Part shown: one piece after another, positions 59,190 to 64,000 of the stretch
Layout: each line of letters starts with the position of its first letter
Position numbering within the stretch: the first letter of the stretch is position 1
Source of the DNA: Paramoeba atlantica
Lineage: Eukaryota; Protista; Discosea
Assembly (NCBI GenBank): GCA_977017575.1
Contig: CDRNVI010000029.1
Coordinates: 930,001-994,000 of the forward strand
Direction: 5' to 3'
DNA length: 64,000 nucleotides
Made by a program: the position numbers and the translations under genes
Notes under the pieces: generated by a model
The model's database searches: none
Told to the model about the DNA's origin: nothing
The model's input: only the letters and a program-made list of their open reading frames with translations

Positions 59190-60722
59190 TCACTTCGTAG
59201 AGATATCTTCTATGGAGGATTTCTGTTGAGCGCACGAAAGAATTTTCCGCGCAAGCGCACTAGTGGCGATAATGCTTATATCACGGAGAGACATCCATTG
59301 GCCGCTTTCGTCACGGTCTGCTGCTTCACTCAAGTCAAGGACTTCATTGCCAAGGGTCTCAAAAACGGATTTCTCTTCCTGTTTGAGTGGATCAGTGGTT
59401 TCCATTTTTGCCTTCCGGGACTTGCATTTCGTCCTCGTAGGTTGAGGTTCGGGCTGTCTTGGTGAGATGCTTTCCTCTGAGCTATGTAGGCAAAACAGGC
59501 CAGAAAAGACTCGAACGGTCATGTGAATGTGAGAAAAAATGTGGACAATTTCACCGTTTGAAGAAATGGACCCGGCCTCAGCTCCCGAACATTGGGCAGC
59601 TTTATGAAGAGTTGTCTTGATCTTCGAAAGTGTTGCGCTCTTCGCGACGGTAATAGTAGGAAAATCCCATAAATTCGCCAGTAAGCCATTAGGTGGCCTC
59701 TTCGACATCCACACAGATTCCGCCTCCTTGTTAAAAATAACTAACGCAGCAACGGTCTCGCGCCTCACTTTGGATCGTTTCGCTTTCACGTCAAGATTAT
59801 TCGATTCATCTGTCCTCCGAAGCTTTCCCTTTGATCTTTTTGAAACTCGTGCAGGTTTTTCTCTACTTACTTTACCTCCGTTCGACTCTGAGAGTTCCGG
59901 ACTTATCTCACGTGTATTCCTCAGCGGGATAACCCCGGCAATCCCCCCTTCACCCAACTTCCCCTCCTTTTGCAGCGCCAGCGCCCTACAATGCGCACGA
60001 ACCGGGCACCCCTCACACCGCACCACCTTCGGCATACACACCGTCGCCCCGAGCTCCATCACCGCTTGATTCCACTCCCCGGGGTTCTCCTGTCGCATCA
60101 TCCGGGTCGCCAACGCCGTCACCCGTCGCTGATCCCCCGGCCTCTTCACATCCAACCCCCGCACCCCCCCGAGCCTCGCATACACCCGCGTGACATTCCC
60201 ATCCACCGCCGCGGCCCCCACCCCGAACGCCATCGAGGCAATCGCGGCTGCCGTGTAGGGTCCAATCCCGGGGATCTCCCGCAGCTCGGGGACGGAGCCC
60301 GGGAGCTCCCCGCCCCACCTCCCCACCACGAGCTGCGCCCCCGCGTGCAGCCCCCGGGCGCGTCGGTAGTACCCGAGCCCGGACCACAGCCCGTGGACCT
60401 CCTCGAGGGAGGCCGCGGCGAGGGCGGCGGGGGTGGGGAAGCGGGCCATCCAGGCCGCCCAGTACGGGAGTACGGTGGCGACGCGGGTCTGCTGGGACAT
60501 GACCTCGGCGACCCAGATGGCGTAGGGGGAGGGGGTGTGGGGGGGGCGCCAGGGGAGGGGGCGGTGCGCGGTGGTGTACCACGAGGAGAGGGCGCGGTGG
60601 AAGCCGGGGAGGTCCTCGAGGTCGGGGAGGGGAGCGGGGGAGGGGGAGGGGGGAGCGGGGGGGGTGGTGGTGGGAGGTGGGGAGGAGGGAAGGGGGGGTT
60701 TCGGAGGGATAGGGTGTCGCAT
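59190..60722 (-). CDS. mutY: A/G-specific adenine DNA glycosylase
   Basis: RPLPWR, YAIWVAEVMSQQTRV, WSGLGYYRRA, HhH-GPD (PGIGPYTAAAIASMAF..AVDGNV), 4Fe-4S motif C-x6-C-x2-C-x5-C and NUDIX-like C-domain (GLLANLWDFP, HIFSHIH). Confidence 0.96.
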   Translation of the reverse strand: MRHPIPPKPPLPSSPPPTTTPPAPPSPSPAPLPDLEDLPGFHRALSSWYTTAHRPLPWRPPHTPSPYAIWVAEVMSQQTRVATVLPYWAAWMARFPTPAALAAASLEEVHGLWSGLGYYRRARGLHAGAQLVVGRWGGELPGSVPELREIPGIGPYTAAAIASMAFGVGAAAVDGNVTRVYARLGGVRGLDVKRPGDQRRVTALATRMMRQENPGEWNQAVMELGATVCMPKVVRCEGCPVRAHCRALALQKEGKLGEGGIAGVIPLRNTREISPELSESNGGKVSREKPARVSKRSKGKLRRTDESNNLDVKAKRSKVRRETVAALVIFNKEAESVWMSKRPPNGLLANLWDFPTITVAKSATLSKIKTTLHKAAQCSGAEAGSISSNGEIVHIFSHIHMTVRVFSGLFCLHSSEESISPRQPEPQPTRTKCKSRKAKMETTDPLKQEEKSVFETLGNEVLDLSEAADRDESGQWMSLRDISIIATSALARKILSCAQQKSSIEDISTK

Positions 60723-60760
60723 TTGGCGTGAAGGGTAGGGGGTAGGGAAAAGATAGAATG
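59930..60760. other. GC-skew inversion island 5 (MutY 5' half)
   Basis: C-rich 59930-60380 and G-rich 60400-60760. Confidence 0.85.
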
Positions 60761-60918
60761 TGAATAGGAGTGTAATGCGGTGGTTGGATAGCTAGCGCTG
60801 TGTACGCTTGATTATGGCTAAAAGGTGAACAAAAACAAAGGAAAAACAGTACCGTGCTCGAGTACTTCGGAAGGAGGAACCTTTTTTTCTATTTTAGTCG
60901 GCTTGGTAAACCCCCAGA

Positions 60919-60984
60919 TAGTTTTCAACGTAAAGCGCGCAGCAGTGCCTTCCACGTCGGAAACAACTACCGCGTTTAAGGAAG
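60919..60984. repeat. Degenerate copy of the 54557-54623 element
   Basis: Shared blocks TAGTTTTCAACG, AAGCGCGCAGC and AAACAACTACCGCGTTTAA; the left arm is truncated. Confidence 0.65.
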
Positions 60985-61078
60985 TGACAATAAGAAGACA
61001 TTCTCTGAATGTCATCATTGGCATTCAGGCTGGAGCAAAATCAGATAATGTACAAAGTGTCCAAAGTGATAGTGGTCG

Positions 61079-62221
61079 TTAGTACACAGACTTTGGCATA
61101 CGCGGACCATTCCTAGGGATGGGGGTCACATCCTCCATGTAACACACAACGAATTTGTCCCTTCGGTCCACGAGGGCCTTCAGCGCACCCTGTCTTCCAT
61201 TGTAAAATCCCATGACGCGAACGACCAGTTGTATTTTACCAGATCTTCGACTCGAGGGAGCACCGGTGGCAGTGTTTTCTAGTGCCACAAGTTTAGGATA
61301 CACAAGATCAAGGTACTTGGAAGCAACCATATGCCCTGTCTCCGAGGAACCCTCGGATCTCCATCCTTTCTCCCCGTGTTTTAATCCAAGCTTCCCCGCG
61401 GACATGGTGGTGTGAATGCATTTACCATCAATGTCAAAAATGACAGCATACGTGTTTCGACGACGAGAGATCAGGTACAGAAAATACATGTCACGGGTGT
61501 ATCGCGGCATCTCAGCCCATAAATCTAAATTTTCGTGAAAGTTTACATCACCGGAAGGATACTGAGTCGTGTCTCTCCACTTTTTAAGAAGCGAGAACCC
61601 GTGCATCTCCTCAAACTCCTGGGCATTACGTATGGCTGGGGGCAAGGAAGAAGTCTCGGGTGGGCTGGAAAGTGTTGTTTTCGCTATGTCTATGGAATTT
61701 TCTTCGGAATCATCCAATGGGTTCACGTCTGAGTGTGTCGCTTCATCCTTAGGTCGAGCAAAGCGCGAGGCATTGCGAAGGTACCACTCGGCGGCGTTGT
61801 AGTGTCGGTCCGTAATGTACTTGTCATTCGCTTGCATAGCCTTTATTTCATTGTGTAAGTTAGCCTCTGTGGCAAAACGTGACTCGGGAGTAATATCATG
61901 TCCCGGTATTTGTACGTGTCGAAGGATTTCGTCATCTCGACCGATGCGGTCTGATGCCTCCTCGGGAGTCTGATGGATTTCTTCTCTCAAAGACGTTTTT
62001 GAGTCCGCGGTGACGTCTCGTGGTTCTGTAAAAGCTTGGAGAGCGGCATCAATGCCACGATGAGCCTCTTGATTCGCTCTTTCCAGAAGTAAACTCTCAA
62101 ACATTTGTTGTCCTCCTTGCTGCGGTCGTAAAGTAGTGGGCTCTCGACGCCACTTATCACCATAGGCCGATGGTTTCGGCTTACGCTTTCCGCGCCGTAG
62201 AAGATACAAGCAACGTCGCAT
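61079..62221 (-). CDS. MRPS11: Mitochondrial ribosomal protein uS11m (kinetoplastid-type, N-extended)
   Basis: C-terminal S11 fold (RRNTYAVI, SAGKLG, VRVMGF..GRQGALKAL, EDVTPIPRNG). ATG at 62221 with basic presequence. Confidence 0.85.
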   Translation of the reverse strand: MRRCLYLLRRGKRKPKPSAYGDKWRREPTTLRPQQGGQQMFESLLLERANQEAHRGIDAALQAFTEPRDVTADSKTSLREEIHQTPEEASDRIGRDDEILRHVQIPGHDITPESRFATEANLHNEIKAMQANDKYITDRHYNAAEWYLRNASRFARPKDEATHSDVNPLDDSEENSIDIAKTTLSSPPETSSLPPAIRNAQEFEEMHGFSLLKKWRDTTQYPSGDVNFHENLDLWAEMPRYTRDMYFLYLISRRRNTYAVIFDIDGKCIHTTMSAGKLGLKHGEKGWRSEGSSETGHMVASKYLDLVYPKLVALENTATGAPSSRRSGKIQLVVRVMGFYNGRQGALKALVDRRDKFVVCYMEDVTPIPRNGPRMPKSVY

Positions 62222-62499
62222 AAAAAAGAGCTTTTGGTGGACAAAATACTGTAAAGCACTGAATAGTGTCAAAAATAAGAAAATAATTTGTGAAGAGAAA
62301 AAAAGTACGATTGTAACACGACTGAAGAAATATTTGCACGTCATTCTGTAAGAGCAGCATTCTCATATTTAAGAAGAGAATTTAAGAATCTGAAAGGCCG
62401 GAAAGAATGGCAAAATGTTTTGGGCAGGAATGTATTTTATCGATTAAAAGTAGAACTTGTCAAGTACATCAGTACCACTTGCAAGCGACGACTATTGTG

Positions 62500-64000
62500 T
62501 TAAAATAGTTGGGGGATGGCATGCAGCCTCTGCAAAGTTGTGTATGTTCTTCGGGCTAGATGAGGCCCAAAATATTCAATAGAAGCCAATAGAGATGGAA
62601 GTTTCTCCGGGTAATTGAGAACCGCATCCTTGCACTCTAGAATTCGGCGGAGAACCTTTACAACCGCTTCTTCATCATCGATATCAAGGGCCTGTAAGGT
62701 CGATAGCAAATCGGTCAACGTGGCAAACGAGAATGTATCCAGAGCCTCTAAAGTACGGTGAGTCAAGTTAGGCACTACAGTGTCAAGCATTTGGTACGTT
62801 TCCGCGAAACTGGACTTCTGCAACTGCGTGACGGAACGTAGGGCCTCGAGGCAAAGAGAGGAAGGTACACGAAACATGATAGTTCTCCCACGAGTAAGAA
62901 TTAGCTTTGTGATACGTAGAAGTTTCGGAAGGTCAGCTCCATCATACGCGCGAACAATCATTGTAGCGGACGTGGGAGTTATAGCGTACCGGGTTTCCTG
63001 TTCCCCTTCTGGTGAAGAAGAACTCATGCTTTCATTTATCAACGTTTCCATGTGATGCAAAATTTCTTTGCGCGAGAGGGACATATGAGCTTCGTCATTG
63101 TCATCGAAGGTGCTGCAGGTTGCGTTGACGATACTTGCCAAAGTATTCATGTCTTGCCAAGGAAGGGTAGTACATTGAACGTCACGGAGTGGAAGGTACT
63201 GTGCCGCGCAAGGATGATACAACAGTACGGTGGCCATGTCCTCTCCTTGAAGCGCGGAACAAAGATAAGTAAGTTGATTCTTCATATTCCCTAAGTCGAG
63301 TCCGGGTAACTTGGAGGCCGCACACAACGACAAAACAATATCTTTGCGTGGGTGACTGCCTTTTGCAAAACTAAGTGCATATTCTCCTATTAACATAACC
63401 GTATGAGGTTGAAGGAGCGCAGCCCATCGGTGGCAAAAGTCAATAATTTGTACCAAGAAAGATCCGTTAATCACGCACTTCTCCAGAAGGACTTTTATGA
63501 TATTGTGTAGAGGCTGCTGTATCTTCTCCTGGTACCGTAACATTGTGTTCATCAGCGTAAGTAGGTGGTTTCCTTTCCACGAAGTCCCAGAAATAGTACG
63601 CAATCGATCCACAAGTGGTTGCCAAACTTCTGTACTTTCACATATCCCGCAGGCAGCAAGCGTTGAAAGAAGAGTCGTGACCTCATATCCATTCAAGCGT
63701 GGTGCAAGATCTCGCAAGATCCATAAAATTTGGGAAATACCCACCCGCCGGGGTGCTTTGCTAAGTGTTTGAAGAGACCAATTACAGTCCATTGCAGTGC
63801 CTTCCTTAAGTAAGCGGTGAAAGCATTTCCGAAGGAGCAGCATTTCATCTGGGCTGTGATTCATGCATTCGTTTGCCATAAACACGACAAGTTCCTGTAG
63901 TTTTAGAATCTGAACTCCAGGGAATACTTTTTGCTTAAGATCATGCAGTAAGTTGGCGTCGTGAAAATATGGTTGCCCAACTGCTGCACACATTCTGGTA
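62500..64000 (-). CDS. Helical-repeat hypothetical protein (FASTK/OPR-like), probably 5'-partial
   Basis: Frame is open to the window end. Leu-rich helical repeats (GYEVTTLLSTLAACG, LTDLLSTLQALD). Confidence 0.65.
   Translation of the reverse strand, partial: TRMCAAVGQPYFHDANLLHDLKQKVFPGVQILKLQELVVFMANECMNHSPDEMLLLRKCFHRLLKEGTAMDCNWSLQTLSKAPRRVGISQILWILRDLAPRLNGYEVTTLLSTLAACGICESTEVWQPLVDRLRTISGTSWKGNHLLTLMNTMLRYQEKIQQPLHNIIKVLLEKCVINGSFLVQIIDFCHRWAALLQPHTVMLIGEYALSFAKGSHPRKDIVLSLCAASKLPGLDLGNMKNQLTYLCSALQGEDMATVLLYHPCAAQYLPLRDVQCTTLPWQDMNTLASIVNATCSTFDDNDEAHMSLSRKEILHHMETLINESMSSSSPEGEQETRYAITPTSATMIVRAYDGADLPKLLRITKLILTRGRTIMFRVPSSLCLEALRSVTQLQKSSFAETYQMLDTVVPNLTHRTLEALDTFSFATLTDLLSTLQALDIDDEEAVVKVLRRILECKDAVLNYPEKLPSLLASIEYFGPHLARRTYTTLQRLHAIPQLF

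Overview
Eukaryotic, intron-free and gene-dense DNA. About 40 credible CDSs all lie on the minus strand, separated by short AT-rich spacers. This fits one polycistronic cluster of a kinetoplastid-type genome. Supporting markers are an M32 carboxypeptidase, a TET/JBP-associated (base J-type) glycosyltransferase and enlarged mitoribosomal proteins. The exact organism cannot be fixed from sequence; a compact non-trypanosomatid such as Perkinsela is only a guess. Housekeeping genes include a DegP protease, OLA1, ArfGAP, p23, DBR1, MCC-alpha, UTP4, RRP40, MutY, uS11m and mL46. Not explained by the gene list: (1) five GC-rich islands, about 9-11 kb apart apart from one 26-kb gap, where the + strand flips from nearly pure C to nearly pure G and appears to dictate the encoded amino acids; (2) two TA-flanked MITEs and a larger inverted-repeat element, implying DNA transposons; (3) a decayed CRE-clade RT/RLE retrotransposon outside any visible SL-RNA array, ending in stacked poly(A)-tailed modules; (4) a full-length M32 gene with one in-frame TAG at a probable Trp codon; (5) a duplicated C/D snoRNA candidate flanking tandem hairpin RNAs. 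Start codons were moved to the likely ATG where the ORF track used TTG/GTG or ran into spacer sequence.
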